DNA from: Dimorphilus gyrociliatus
Lineage: Eukaryota; Animalia; Annelida
DNA: 64,000 bases
Direction of reading: 5' to 3'
Assembly (NCBI GenBank): GCA_904063045.1
Contig: CAJFCJ010000006.1
Location: forward strand, 372,001 to 436,000
Within the stretch, counting starts at the first letter, position 1, and every line of letters starts with the position of its first letter. Of the stretch, positions 1 through 15,400 are shown in pieces. The notes under the pieces are model-generated. The model did not search any database, had not been told where the DNA came from, and saw nothing but the letters and a program-made list of their open reading frames with translations. Position numbers and translations under genes: made by a program.

Positions 1-1378
1 AGATTTTTTCAATCTTGGCAGAGCAAAAATAAAGAAATATAAAAATTGTGCAACATTTTCTTCAAACCCTTTATTATTTAACGGGGCGATCGAAAAGCTT
101 ACATCACTGTCATTTCCGCTCTGATTACCTTTAATAATTTTCCTGATAAATCGAATCTCTTCCTCATATCTTTATCAATTTGACATCGGTAATTGAGAAA
201 GGTATGAAATGACCTTAAGGAAATAAATTATTTCCCTGAGATAAGTAACTTATTTGAATGAAAAATTGCATAATTAACAGTTGTATCCCTTTGAGACAGA
301 AAAATACGACTGATTTATATATGTGTGTGAATGCATCGTGCAGCCGTTACTTTAAAAGGTAACAATAAAAAATATTAAATTAACTGTAATTTCGCACTAA
401 AGTTTTCTATTGAAATAGAGACGTCAATTTCATAAATTATAAGTTGTAAAGACGATAAATCCCATCTTTAATCGAGTGAATCACGCATATAACAGTTGTA
501 GTTTTTTCTTTATCCAGTGCTTTATGTAAAGCCAGTTTAAGGATTCTGATTGGTACGTCTCGAATCGACGTCATCGCCCCTATGTAATATAAGGTCTGAA
601 AGGCTACAGAAAAAATGAAAATTCGAAAGAGGATTGAAAAGTGAACTAACTGTTGGAAAGGAGGTAATTGATCATTGCTTAATTTTTATTCATTTATTCC
701 AATCTATAAAATGGTCTAAAAATAATATAGATAGGCATAATGCTTTTCTCAGAATAAGTTGAAGCACATCTTCATTAATCTTACTATATTTATTGTTGTA
801 ATAATTTATCTCAGTAGATAGAAGGTGCGCTTAATAGCATCTGTGCCTAAGAATCAAACACTCTTATTGGTCGTAAAGCCACAGCCTGTCAAAAAAAAAA
901 TGATTTTGTACAAATTCTGAAGAATACGCTATTTCGTATTTTTCGTGCTTTCTTTCATTTTCTTTTCATTTATTTTCTCGTATATGGAAACACGAGGTTT
1001 GTTATTCTTCTAAGGTTTGGTATAGTGAACCCAAATAGCTCGTTAATGAGTTAGGTAATAAACAGATCGCATAGCACTGCCATTATTTATTAGGAACAAA
1101 ATTATTTCTCTAACCTTTCCTGGTTAACTTTCTTAGTTTTTGTGACTTTTGTAATAAGGTAAATAGTCCAAGTGGAATAATGTTGGAAACTTCGTCTTTA
1201 TTCAAATGGTCACGTAAAAATTCTAGTTTGAAGGAAAGGCGTTAAATCGAAGATTTGTTTAGACTCGCTAGTTTTTTTTTATTTGATTGGTTGACTGACA
1301 AAAGTCATCTCTATGATTGTTGCTTTTAGATTTAATATTTTACATACTTAACATATTTGCCTCTATTTCAGTAAAAAC

Positions 1379-2665
1379 ATGACGCATAACTCTACAAACG
1401 ATACTAGTACAACGATGGACACTGCACAAATTATAATGTCAATAATACCGATAATATGTTCTTTTGGAATTGGAGGTATAATCTTAACTGTAATAGTTCT
1501 GAGTCGTAAACACATGAGCACAAGTACAAATATATATCTAACGGCTCTTGCTATCTCCGATCTCTTATATTTGCTAACGTATGCATCTACGGAGATTGGT
1601 GTGAGGATTATTGAAGATGTTTACAAAGATATCGCTCAAGCTACCATATACCATAGGTACCTTAGTCATGTTATACAGATCTTTCTGCTTAGTAGTGTCT
1701 GGCTTACAGTCGTTTTGGCAATTGAAAGGTGGATAGCAATTTGTCAGCCGTTTCTAGCCACAAAATTTTGTACCGTCTTCCGCTCTCAGATATTTACCCT
1801 TCTTATATTCGTATTCGCTATTCTCTGTCGTCTAACAAGTTTCTTTGATTATCAAATTGTTACATTTTTTGATAACACGACTAAAACTACAATTACATAT
1901 GGAGAAGTTACGGATTTTTCCAGGAGTTATTTCTATCGAAAAGTATATCCCTGGACTATTGAAGTATTTGTATCGTCATTAATTCCGTTTCTATTGTTAC
2001 TTACGCTAAATGTAAAGCTTATTCTGGAAGTTCGCAAGTCCACTCGATATCTGCAAAAGAACTTGGGAACGTCAAATCATAGAGTTCAAAAAGAAGAGTT
2101 ACAAATAACCATTATGCTTATATCAGTTATTGTCGTCTTCTTTGTATGTCAGGTAAGAATTTTTTTTTCAAGATCTTAAGAGATAGACTCTTTTGGTTAC
2201 CTTAAATAAGACTAGTTTTTCCTTCCCTACCGTAAACTCGTTACATTCCAGATAAAAATCATCTCTTTGTAGTACATTCTAATATAATATTATATCGTTT
2301 ACTTTCATAGCATATTTACTGTTATTAAAAACTCACAGGCTCCTTATTTAATCTACGCCGTCTTAACAACAATAAAAAAAGAAACGACTAGTGCTAGCAA
2401 AAATTTTCGAGCTGTAGCTATTCTCCTCCTGACTCTAAAATCATCTGTCAATTTTGTATTATACTGCTGGTTTAGTGAGAAATTTTGGGCAACGCTCAAA
2501 AAGGTTTTCTTTTTACGCAAATGTCTAAGATATTGCCGAAAGAATGAAGAAGATATGACAACAACAATGCCGAGTGCATATTACAGTATGAGAAGGATGA
2601 GTAGTGGTAACACTAGAGAAACCACCTTTACAGTAGGAATTAATAAAATAAATGAAAAACTATAA
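1379..2665 (+). CDS. Rhodopsin-class peptide GPCR, FMRFamide/sex-peptide-receptor-like; 2 coding exons (1379-2152, 2339-2665)
   Basis: TM1-TM6 lie in ORF 1379-2179 (TNIYLTALAISD, LAIERWIAIC, FFVCQ). Phase-0 intron 2153-2338 (gtaaga...cacag). Exon 2 supplies TM7 LKSSVNFVLYCWFSEKF and ends at TAA 2663-2665. Confidence 0.88.
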
Positions 2666-3585
2666 ATACAGTGTGGAGTGAAATTTACATTGCCAACTTA
2701 TTTAATTCTCCTCAAGGAAGACAATTTAAAGAACTGAGAGATTTGTTTACCTATTATAGTCAGTTTAGATATTATATTATACAACGTTTAAAACAAGAAC
2801 AACCTCTATAAAACAAAATAAACATACTAATCAATAAAATAACATAGAGCAAGTGAAATGTTCAAGAGTTTTATGTACCATATCTTTATATGTTCGTAAA
2901 TGTATGTAAACATATGTAAATTATATGAAATATTGCAAAAATTATGAATTAATGTATAGAGTTCGCCATTAATTTTATTGTACATAACCTATTCATAGTC
3001 GTCAAACAAGAAGTCATTGTATAGTGGATATATGGTAAAATAAATAAATGATATTTTTGTCCATATTTATCAAGCCATTAATGGATGCGATGATGTGGTA
3101 TTTGAGTATGAACACAAAAACATTACAGTATAGAGATGGTCGTTTTCAAGAAATAAGAAAATCATTTCTTTCTTGTAGCATGTTAATACTAACTACTTTT
3201 TAAGTTTATTTCGGTTTTATTTGGCTGATGTTGCCTTTTCTCACTTTGTCAAAGTTTTTTTTGTCGTCTCGGCTTTCACTGAACTCTTCGTAGTGATTGC
3301 ATGAGAGATTGACGTTTCCGTTATACGTGCATTGCCTAGCCAATTTTTATGTATTAGAAACATTCGAATAGGAAACGCCCGAATGAAAATTAATCAATGT
3401 GGACGATCTTGCAGCCAAAGAATTTTAAACTAATAATCCGATTATCAGATAGATCGTCAATATAGCAAACGGACTAGTCGTATTCCTAACTGTCAATTTG
3501 ACAATCCTATTTCTCCTAGAAAATATACCAAACGCGCAAAATTAACTGAACTTAAAATTTACCATTTTCCAAAGTGTGTGACGGT

Positions 3586-4149
3586 ATGTATAGGAGCAGA
3601 ACACCGACGGAGAAAACGCAGATTCCCTACAAAAGGCGCGACAATCTGTTCCAGTTAACGACGCGTCCTCCCAGCAAGATCGCTTCTTTTAATATCACGC
3701 GCGGGCAAAATCGAACAATTAACAGAGCACCTGGTTTTGGCACAACACTTTGCGACATGATGCAGAACGAAGACGTTAGCTTGAAGCCCATTGACGAAAA
3801 GCGTTTACCTAATAAAACTAAGCGTTACAAAGAGAAAAGAACAAGAATCAACCAAAGAGAACGTCAGCGTATGCATGATCTGAATGCCGCATTAGAGGGT
3901 CTGCGTCAAGTAATGCCCTACTCACAGTCAACTTCTCTAAGGAAACTTTCAAAGATCGCAACTTTACTGCTTGCAAGAAATTACATTGTTTTACTACAGC
4001 AAACTATGGAAGAACTCCGGGCTATGGTAAACGACGTTTACACATCGAAAACGCTTTCTCAAAACAGACTTCATTATTATTCAACGATGTCTCAACAAAT
4101 TCCTTATCAAGGAAGTACATTGTACAATTTTCATGGATTAAATTCTTAG
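3586..4149 (+). CDS. Olig: Olig-family bHLH transcription factor, apparently single exon; start uncertain (ORF opens at GTG 3574, first ATG 3586)
   Basis: b[53 protein letters not shown] matches the Olig/bHLHe22-23 signature (MHDLN...VMPY...[16 protein letters not shown]). Confidence 0.85.
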   Translation: MYRSRTPTEKTQIPYKRRDNLFQLTTRPPSKIASFNITRGQNRTINRAPGFGTTLCDMMQNEDVSLKPIDEKRLPNKTKRYKEKRTRINQRERQRMHDLNAALEGLRQVMPYSQSTSLRKLSKIATLLLARNYIVLLQQTMEELRAMVNDVYTSKTLSQNRLHYYSTMSQQIPYQGSTLYNFHGLNS

Positions 4150-4231
4150 ATATTTTTATTGATATGTGTTGTAATATTTTATTGCATCTTTAGATATTTA
4201 CTTAAAAATAACAAAAATCATTCGAGGTCTT

Positions 4232-6392
4232 TTAAACAGAAATACTTCCTTCTCTAAAATTTGTCTTACCAATTAAGACATTCAAAAGGGAACTTTTTCC
4301 ATTTTTAGAGTTCTCTTGTACTTCTTTGATAATCTCCTCTAATTTATCTACATTTGTGCGATCAATTTTGTAACCTTTACCACCATAACCATCCGCAACT
4401 CTCTCATAAGCAGAATATTCTAAATCGCAAGCTACACTTGACTTGAACATAGGTACTTGTTCTCTGGCGATTTGAGACCAACAAGCGTCATTTCCGACTA
4501 AACAAATAACTGGCGTCTTAAATCTTGTATAAGTGTCCATTTCAGCAACACTATAGCCTAAAGAACCATCTCCATAAATAATCCAAACCTCAGCATCGGG
4601 TCTAACTAATTTGGCTCCTAAGGCAAAGCCTCCACCAACACCTAACGTTCCAAATGCACCTGGATCCAACCAAGTTAAGGGAGCTCTAGGTCTAACTATA
4701 TACGCTGCCGTTCCGACAAAATCGCCGCCATCTGCTACTAGAATAGCGTTATCTGGTAAGAGATTTTCGATACGATGAAGAACATTGATTGGATTTAAGT
4801 GTTTCTGTGTTTCTTCCATCCCTTTCTTTTCATTAGCGGTTTCCTTTTCCGTATCTCTAGCCTTCAACGTACTTGCCCAACTCTCATCTGCACGGTAACC
4901 GGATAATCGTCTTTGTAAGCCTACCATAAAAGTTCCAACGTCAGAAACCGCTCCTATAGTCGGTTTCCAAAACATATCTGTATTCTTAAATAGCTGCTCT
5001 TTTGAGCGATTTATGGCAATAATTTTACTCTTTCTTTTCAAAACTCTACCATAACTTAGACGGAAGTCTGCAACAGCCCCCGCCATAATAACAACATCAG
5101 CCTCGGCCAATGCATCTCTACGTCGTTGACGAATATGTATCGGATTGTTACGACCTAATAGGCCTCTTGTCATACCTCCTAAGAAACAAGGAATTCCCAT
5201 AGCCTATCGCAAAGATAACAGCTAGACAAAATTCTTATCTTGTAATTAAGTACTTACTTCTAAAGAACGTCTGAGGTCATCGGCAGGTACAGGAGGCAAC
5301 GTCGCTTGACTACCTAGTAGAATAACAGGTTTTTTACTATTCCTGACAATTTCAGCAGCTTTCTCTATAAGCTGGCTATCTGCCTTGGGTTGGTAAACAG
5401 GTAACGGAGATACATCTCTTTTCTCCCAAGCTCCACTGAAGATGTTTCTCATATACACATCCAAGTACCAAGCAGCAATTTTTTGAAATAAACCTTTTGC
5501 GCTCCCACCATCTTTAGCTCCAATTTCTCTCTTGACTAATTCACATGGGTAGAGGGTATCAATAGGAAATTCAACAAAAACCGGTCCTGGAACTCCCGAT
5601 TGGGCTTCCTGTAATGCTTTTTTAAGTGTTGGAATAATTTCCCTGCAGCTTCGAATAGTTGCAGTGTATTTGCATAAAGGTTTGAATAGAACCATTTGAT
5701 CGATATCCTGTAAGGCTCCCCTCCCTTTCAAAATTCCAGCTGCCGCTCCACCAATAAGTAAAATAGGAGACTCAGCCATTTGAGCATTCTTTATAGCAGT
5801 GACAGTATTTGTTAGACCAGGGCCGGCAGTCACAGCAGCTACGCCAACTGTTCCTGATAGTCGAGCAACAGCGTCAGCGGCAAATACGGATGATGCCTCA
5901 TGACGAACGTCTACAATCTTTATTCCTTTCTTCTCTGATGCAACAAGTATAGGCGAGATGTGCCCACCAACTAAAGTAAATATGAATTTCACACCATGTG
6001 ACTAAAGGAAATACAAAAACAGAAATTAGTTGCATATGTCCTACTTCTTATCTAGACAGAAATATGCATTTAAGGTTCATTTACTAGAACCCAACAGAAA
6101 CAATTAGACAATATTTTTTTAAGATGCTGTACTAAAAGTTAAATTACTTTAAGAACTTCAGCAACTAGTTCACCACCATGTCTTGGAGATTTGATGTCAA
6201 CCTGTTGTATAGAATTTATTAGTTTGAATAAATTTTCAAATTCAAAAAAATAATTTGAAACTTTACTTTATGAGTTAATACATAGAAAAATCCTATCCTG
6301 TTTAGAAAATAAGTGAGACCAATCACAATTGCCGTTATAAGTGTTGGAATGCTATATTTTAATAAAACTGCGCAAATGCACGCTTCCTCCAT
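4232..6392 (-). CDS. ILVBL: Acetolactate synthase-like TPP enzyme / 2-hydroxyacyl-CoA lyase 2; 4 exons (6392-6267, 6201-6148, 6001-5258, 5203-4232)
   Basis: N-terminal hydrophobic anchor, then RHGGELVAEVLK|SHGVKFIFTLVGGHISPIL, VRHEASSVFAADA, TAGPGLTN, and the TPP-binding motif GDGSLGY...VGND. Splice phases are consistent. Confidence 0.93.
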
Positions 6393-6644
6393 GATGCTCA
6401 ATGAACCTAAGTGGAATGACTAAAGTTCCAATGTAACTTAAAAATAGTTCAACTTTGAGTGGGTTCAAAAAGCAAAGGCCAGAGCGGAAAAGGAAATTGC
6501 CAATTAGTAAAATATATTTCAATACCAGTTATTTATAAAAGCGAAAAATTCGAATGTTTGTATTTTTCTGAGTAGCACACTCTAAGAGAAATTGAACGTT
6601 ACATAAAGCACAATAGAAAGAGTTTCTTGTTAATAAATTGATCT

Positions 6645-6833
6645 TTATTCAGCAGTATAGTCGGCATCTTCTGGATCATGGCTCGCTTCTGCAAACCTTA
6701 CCTCATTCTTACCCATATCGAAAGTTGTATAAAAATTCATTAGGTATGCGTCTCCTAATATCCAAGTTGGAACACTATCAATATTAAACCTGTGAGCACA
6801 AATCCCAACAATGCATCTTTCATTGTAGCCACC
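6645..6833 (-). CDS. Second aspartic-protease C-terminal exon (candidate alternative last exon of CTSD)
   Basis: After acceptor tctctag the phase-0 frame reads GGYNERCIVGICAHRFNIDSVPTWILGDAYLMNFYTTFDMGKNEVRFAEASHDPEDADYTAE* (63 codons). It aligns without gaps from the Cys onward to the canonical last exon (C..G...WILGD...Y T.FD.G...V.FA). It is absent from the ORF track because it has no start codon giving 60 or more aa. Confidence 0.8.
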   Translation of the reverse strand, partial: GGYNERCIVGICAHRFNIDSVPTWILGDAYLMNFYTTFDMGKNEVRFAEASHDPEDADYTAE

Positions 6834-6982
6834 CTAGAGAATAATATTTTCAAGATTCTTAATAAGCTCTATTATATTTAAATTCATTAGAGTGATATAT
6901 GTGTAAAATATAAAATGTCGATCCATAGTATTATATAGTTACTAAAACATATAAGGGTGTTAAAAGCAAGATGAAATAAAGT

Positions 6983-8461
<1,479 letters not shown>

Positions 8462-9541
8462 TCTTCTATTCTCTTTCTGTATTTTTTGTTTACAAATAAT
8501 CAAACAAATTTATGCAAAAAAGTACTCATTTACCTGTAAATGTAAATGGATAAAAACTAACTTCTATTCCACAATATGCGAATCTACAAAACCTAAAACT
8601 CTGAAGTCTTAATTAACAAGAATCTAAGAGATATAGCATTTATTTCTTACTGTTTTTCAGTTCTATGCAGAGTTGGGGCTGGAGAACTAATGACTAATAC
8701 TCACAGAAAAAATAGTAACAACACTTTTCGACAGATGGCAGCATTATGCGAGGTATAACTAATTGCTAAACGTAAGCGACACAAAATCTTTTTATTGTAC
8801 TATTACTCATATCATAGAGGGTCGTAAGTTTATAATGAAATCACCATTCTAAATTATTATATGCTATTTTTAGGCTGATTATTGCCAAGGACCTATGAGT
8901 CACTTAGATTTTGCAAGAAACTAGTGCGAATTTTACAAAATAATCATTTTATCTTATCAGTTGAATATAAAGAGAATAAAAAAGACTATACAACTAAAAT
9001 TGCAAATATAAGGAATTTTTGATCTTTATTAATATTTTGTCAAAGTGACATTTTTAGGTCTGAAGACTAGATAATAAGATACTAATTAGTCAGCTTGCTT
9101 CCTGGTGTTCTTAATAATTTTTTTAAAAGACCTTGTCATATCATTAAGGAACTAAACGAAAAATATGAAGATTCATTTAAAATTATTCCAGTTTACTAAG
9201 AAAAAAATTCGTCCTATAAATTTACTAGTAAATGTGACTATGAGTCAGTAGTTGAATAAACATTAGGCAAAATAATAAGCGTAAAAGTTATTTAATAAGT
9301 ACAAAAGAGTATAATTATAGAGCAAATTTTTCCAAAAGCGGATTTAATTAAAAACTAACTAAATATAATGAATATTAATTTAATAATGAGTATGTAGTTT
9401 CAATGTTATATATTATTTTGAAAGTTATGTCTTCTGAAGTTTTTATTGGAAAAGAACATATTGATCTCGGTTGAGATCTCTCAGACAATATTCAACAGAA
9501 AAGCGTGAGTCATTAGCATAGCTCTTATGAACATCAATCAA

Positions 9542-10956
9542 TTATAGAGACAATATAAAATTCAAAGTTAACAGCGTATAAAAGTAAAATGCTGTTCGAT
9601 AACTAAAACTATCAACTAAAATACCGGAAATTGAGCTTAACAGCAATTTTGATGCAACTTCAATTGTAGCCAAAAATGCATAATGGTTAGCCACATTTTT
9701 TGCCCTTTTGGATGACTGCATCATTAACGTAAAAGTAAAAGTAGTGATAAGTCCTCCTATAAGGTTCAGACAGTGAAGGATAATAAGGAGAAACACTGGA
9801 AATAACATTATTTTAAGATTAAATTCAATCTAGAATACAAAAGATACCGTTTGGCTTTAAACCTGCAGTATACGATAATGATATTATTAAGGAGGCCACA
9901 GTCCTTGTAAAACATAGCAATTTTAAAGTTCTTTTTATATTTTGCCGGTAAGCTAAATAACCACCTAAATGTATTTAAAAGTTAAACATTAAACTATTGT
10001 TCTAGTCGAGAACAAAATCAAACTTACCCAAAAGAGAACCTAATAAAGAGAAAAAAATTCCTAGATTCGAAATATAAATTGTTAAGTACTCTTTGGAGAC
10101 GCCAGAATCTAAAAGAACCATAGGGACTAAATATAAAATTCCATTTTCTCCAACTTTATATAAAGATATGAATATCATTAGCCTTATCGATCCTTCCATC
10201 TTGAAGACATCAGTGAACTTTTGTTTAATAGTTATTGTAGTACTTTTAATAAAAAGCATAACATTCATATTTGGGCAAATGTTTTGTCTTTTCTTGCTTT
10301 TTGTCATTTTACAAGTTCTCCTTTCAATAAACATACAGACTACACCAAAGCACAAAAGATTAGTTACGGAAATTAATCCAAAACAAAATGATAGTGTTGC
10401 TCCGGTTAGGGATGATCCCATAATCATTCCAATTTTATAGCAAACCACCTGGGAATAAAGGCTAAAAGTAAATTATACGTAGCCCTTAGTTTTAGATTTT
10501 ACTCTACCTGAATACTGTTTATATATGGAAGATACTGGGTGTCAGTGTAGGATATTGCCAAACCGTCCACGGCTATATCACTATTTGCAATACACAAATT
10601 TAAAAGGAATAGAAGAGAGCATGTAAACAATAGGTTTTCAAGACTTCCAAATAAGTGAAGTATGAAGGATAATATCACTGACAATCCTATTGTCAACCGT
10701 AGACTAATTTCGCACCTATCATCAACTTAAAATTTTTTTTTAAAGAATTTATAACATCGAAATTTTCATATTTTCCTTTACCTAAAGGGGCAGTAACTAC
10801 TTTAAGAATCCAAGGTATAAGAAGCAAACGGAAAGTAGTTATTCTTGTTAATGATACTCCATTTTCTCTTAACAAAATTGGAAGACACGTTACTTGGAAT
10901 CCATGTGGGATTCCTTGTACTACATATAAAATGATAAAAATCCAAAATTTGTTCAT
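9542..10956 (-). CDS. MFSD3: Major facilitator superfamily domain-containing protein 3 (AmpG-like MFS transporter), multi-exon
   Basis: LYVVQGIPHGFQVTCLPILLR...LLLIPWILK, SDIAVDGLA, YKIGMIMG and LYKVGE motifs across ORFs 10693-10956, 10499-10696, 10002-10448 and 9542-9808. Confidence 0.85.
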
Positions 10957-11242
10957 TATTTGCTGTGAAAAATTTGCTTAAATGATTTATTTTTCATAAA
11001 TCATTGTTTATTAGATAGAATAATGATAGTTCTATTTGTTATTAACTTGCAAAATAGCAAGACTTTAGCAAATATCCTTGGTATAGGAAGCCTATTGATA
11101 TAAAAATGTTCGAGACACCGCGTTTTGTTTGAATTGATTTAGTTCGAACCACTTTCGACTAGAAAAGTATGTTTAATAGTTTGTAGGACTTTTTTCTAAT
11201 TTGAAGAGTTTACATTCGGCTCATGAATAAATATATGATATT

Positions 11243-12120
11243 ATGGGGTCACAATATAATTCAGAAAATAATCAGGATGTTTTAAACGCCACTCTTCATA
11301 ATGTTAGAAATTTAATAAATTTGCTAAAATCAATAAAGTTTACTGACTCTACCGTTCTTTTTGCAACTGATCAAGGCTTCAAATTTACTGTTGAAGATGG
11401 AAAATGTATGCAAGCGAATGCTTTCCTACAGAAAGATCTTTTCGACTTTTATAACATTACAGAAGAGTTTATTGTCAAACTACCTCTGAAAGTTCTCCTC
11501 CATTGCCTGTTAATATTTGGTGGAACAAGCTCGACTGTCATCAAATTTGTTTATGAAAAAGATGGTTTCCCATTGCATATAGTACTAGAGGAACCTGGCA
11601 TATCTACTGAGTGCTCCATAAGAACGTTTGAACCAGATGATCTGTTGGATTTTCGGTTCAATGGACAGGATGTTATCAATAAGGTAATCATGCAGAGTTC
11701 AAAACTTAAAGAAGTTTTCTTGGAATTGGACGCAACAAGTGAGAGTATAGACATTACAATGTCTCCAGATGAACCTTACTTACGATTTGCTACCATTGGT
11801 AAGCATTCCATTCATATCGCTACATATTTCTGTTGTCTTTATTTAACTAATGAAGTTATTTTTTATTAGGTATAGCTGCCAGCACTGATGTATCTGTTCC
11901 CAAAAATGCATCTGCCGTTGAAGTCTTTCAATGCACTGAAGTTCAGACTTTTTCTTATAAGTTATCTTTTTTCAAAAGATCTGTTAAAGCTTTAGCTCTG
12001 GCAAATAGAGTATCAATCCGAATTGATAACAGAGGATTTTTGTCAATGCAGTACCTTTTAAAAACAGACGATGATAAGACTTCTTTTGTCGAATTTTATT
12101 GTGCTCCTAACGAAGACTAA
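11243..12120 (+). CDS. RAD1: Cell-cycle checkpoint protein RAD1 (9-1-1 clamp subunit); 2 exons, intron at about 11799-11869
   Basis: NVRNLINLLKSIKF...GFKFTVEDGKCMQANAFLQKDLF. Exon 2 reads YKLSFFKRSVKALALANRVSIRIDNRGFLSMQY...FVEFYCAPNED* with TAA at 12118-12120. Confidence 0.93.
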
Positions 12121-12460
12121 TGTGTTTTCAATCAACTTGTTTTCTGCTAAGTTCCAGTCTAATCTAAGTTTATCATTATTTTTTATAAACGTGCTGTAAA
12201 TAGATGGCTTAACACAAGTATATTTTATAGTTATCTAAATGTGTTATAACAAAAGTCTTAGGCCTAAGGAAACTAGTGGTTTTTACCATGACTCATTATT
12301 GAATTACGGCCCATTTTTTAAACCAATCAGTACCTTGCTTTTATTTATGTTATTCTTGTAATGCTGAAGCTGATTGGTTGAACTCAACCGAAACGAAAAT
12401 CGTCTCTATATCCGCACAAGCTGCAAAACTACGAGAAATTTCTGCCTAAATTTTTCAAAA

Positions 12461-15400
12461 ATGTCGGAATCAGGAGTTGATATGATGTTTGATGAAGCCG
12501 ACATAGATCAAAATATTCCTGTTTATGAAATTAAGTCAAAAACACTGCCTGACAGGTTCGTTAGATATTTTCCTTTCGTCAATAATTGAAACGCAATATA
12601 ATCTCGATTCGTGAGTGTTAAGAGTATTTACTCATATTCCACGCTGAAATATTTGAAAATTTTATTGAGTATTCTAAAATATATCACATCTTAAAAGGGA
12701 AATAATGACTTAAGGGACCGGTAGGGGGCAGCACAGCTCCGGAAAAGGGCTTGATTCGAATTTCTTGAGGATAGATTGCGGGACGGGTGAAAAGTCGTGT
12801 CAGATTCTAACGACATGATCATCCAATGTAATCCAATAGCAAAAGAATATCCTACAATCGGCAGGAAGTCGTCTATTATTAATCCACTTGGAAATTTGAA
12901 AAATTTTTGTAGCTCCTGCAGAGTTTTATTGAAATTACAACCGATATTGTTTCACATAAGCCTTGTGCTTGCTCGCTTCCCCCCTGTGTAAAATACGTCG
13001 TCATAGATACCTGCCACAGTGTTTGTCTGCGGGTTATTTCGATGAGAAATTTCGGTTGCTGGGAGAAAACTAAACCTACCAAATACCTGTGAATGATGAC
13101 AAATATTCCTTTGTGTCTCTCTCAAATGAGATTTGGAAGAGCAGATGCAAGCGGTCTCAATTCACCTTGCCCTTTCGCTCCCTTTGTCTTAATTTCCTCT
13201 AATACCACGAAATTTACATTCAGTTGCGTAACACTGAAAAAACGACATTTATCACTCCAGGAGACGCGAGCCGTGTTTGATGACGTCACCGCTTCTTTTC
13301 GCCCCAGTCGTTAGCTATCGTGACAGCTATTGTAATTTTTATGTCTTTTATTTATACACTAAAGTAAAAAACTAAAACAGTAAGAAACTGTTAATATAGA
13401 AATTCCTACACTCAACTAGCCAAGAAATTCCTATGACATCTTAATCTAGATCATCCTAACATTTCAACTCTGAACAAGTGTTGACAATACACGTTATCTT
13501 TCCATAGTCGACTTTAGTTACATTCAGCTTTTAACTTGCGCATTGAAGTCACCCTTGGACGTCTACTTATCTACTGTTGACTGGGGTATTTAGCTGCTCG
13601 TTTCTTTCTCACTCTTCCGCTTTTCCCCTCCTCTCTGATTTCAATAGCTTTGTAGTTATCTTTTTAAATTAACCCCTAATAGTAAAGGAATTTTGGAGAT
13701 AAAAATGTAAAAAGAAAAATCTTAGCTTAGAGTAATTTAAATTAAGATATTAATTTAGAATACATTGTAAAAGTATCTACGAGGTTTTTCGTTTAATAAC
13801 AGTTTTATTAGACAAAAATTTAATTTACCAATTTATGAAAACAGACAAAATTAAATAGAAAATTTAAGTTTTTTTGGAGATAACTTATGGTTCAGTTGAT
13901 AAAAGTTTTTTTATTATGCTGTAGTTGTTTCTCTCTTTTTTTTTGCTTTGTCGAAATTTAACACCTGTCAAAATTGACAATCTTTCAACGCTGATTGGCG
14001 GTACTCTTTGGATACCTGCTGTTCAAATCCCTGATTGGCCCTTTAAAAAATTGTCCTAATACAAATTTCGCTTTTCTCTCTCGTTAGTAGTTTTGTTCCA
14101 AACGGGACATCTCCATTAAATGCATTCTACTGATGAGGAGACAATGAATGAAGTAATTTCTTACTCATCAAACAACAATTGTCAAGGATATTGGAACAAT
14201 TGTGAATATGAATCCTGCTGGATTCCCCAAGGCCAATTATCAAATGAAGTTTATTACGGCCAATATGAACACTTAAATAATTACGCTTATCAAAACACTT
14301 ACGAATCGAACAATTCTAATTCATATTGGTACCGGTAAGTTAGGCAATTAGACATCCTGTTATATACTTCATGAAAATTCAATTATGCGCTTTCCAATAG
14401 GAATGAAACTGACTTGAGGAATGTGTCTGTTTCATCACGAACTCAGCTTAAAAACTTGCTAATGAGACAAAAGTACCTAACGGAGGAAAGGCAAAGGCCA
14501 TATGGAACAAATGTAAGTTATTACTATCGCTATGAAATGTATTACTAAATATTATGTCTTCGTTAATTTTAGGCAAAAAAATTTTCTTCTGAACCTTTAA
14601 AAATAGCCGCTCAGATTAAAGATGTTCCACCTGATATTCTACAAGTTCATACTAAATTACAAAATCCGACAAGAGGATTTCTTGAAGATAAACGAAAGGA
14701 ACAAATTCAGCGTTACGTTAATGGTGAATTTAATAAAAATGGAGGGGTGGTTTCATCATCAGCGCATGCCTCATCTGCTGGAGCTGTTAAAGTCGTTGCA
14801 ACAAACTTGAAAACTGGCTGCTCCAGTGCTCCAGATATAGGAATAGAAGAAGCTAGTGAAGTTGATGACACATATAATCTACTGGATGATTTAATCTCTT
14901 TAGACGGCATTGAGAACTCTATCGATCCGGAAGCAATTGAGCCATTCCATCTACAGGTATATTAACTAAGCATATGGCTGTATGCTTTTTTTACGTTGTG
15001 TTTTTCTTTCAGTTGGCTCAATCAGCTAATACATATGACCGAGATTACAACGAAGAAATGAATACAGCAACACATAGTTGCCCTGCAGACATTGAAAAAG
15101 ATGTTAGATTATTCAGTGGGGGTCGCCGCAGGTCGGAAGTTCGTACTCAGTTCTCGGGCGAGGACGACATGAAAAACTATCAAAAAGAATTAGAGAGAAA
15201 ATTTAACCACAATCAGAGTAAGTAATTTCATTGAGGGCTTGGAGCATCCACTTACCGTTTACATTATTCAGTTGAACGACGAAGAAGATATAATATTAAT
15301 GATAGAATTAAAGAATTAGGAACATTACTCCCTAGACGAAATGACACGTATGTAAAATGAGGAGATTAAATATCTTTTTTCTAATCGATAATCCATTTCT

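Noticed and set aside
3449-3622. Possible extra upstream Olig exon (3449-3584) with a donor gtatgt
   Set aside because: It requires an intron of about 38 nt with a purine-rich acceptor and has no start codon; the simple ATG at 3586 is sufficient.
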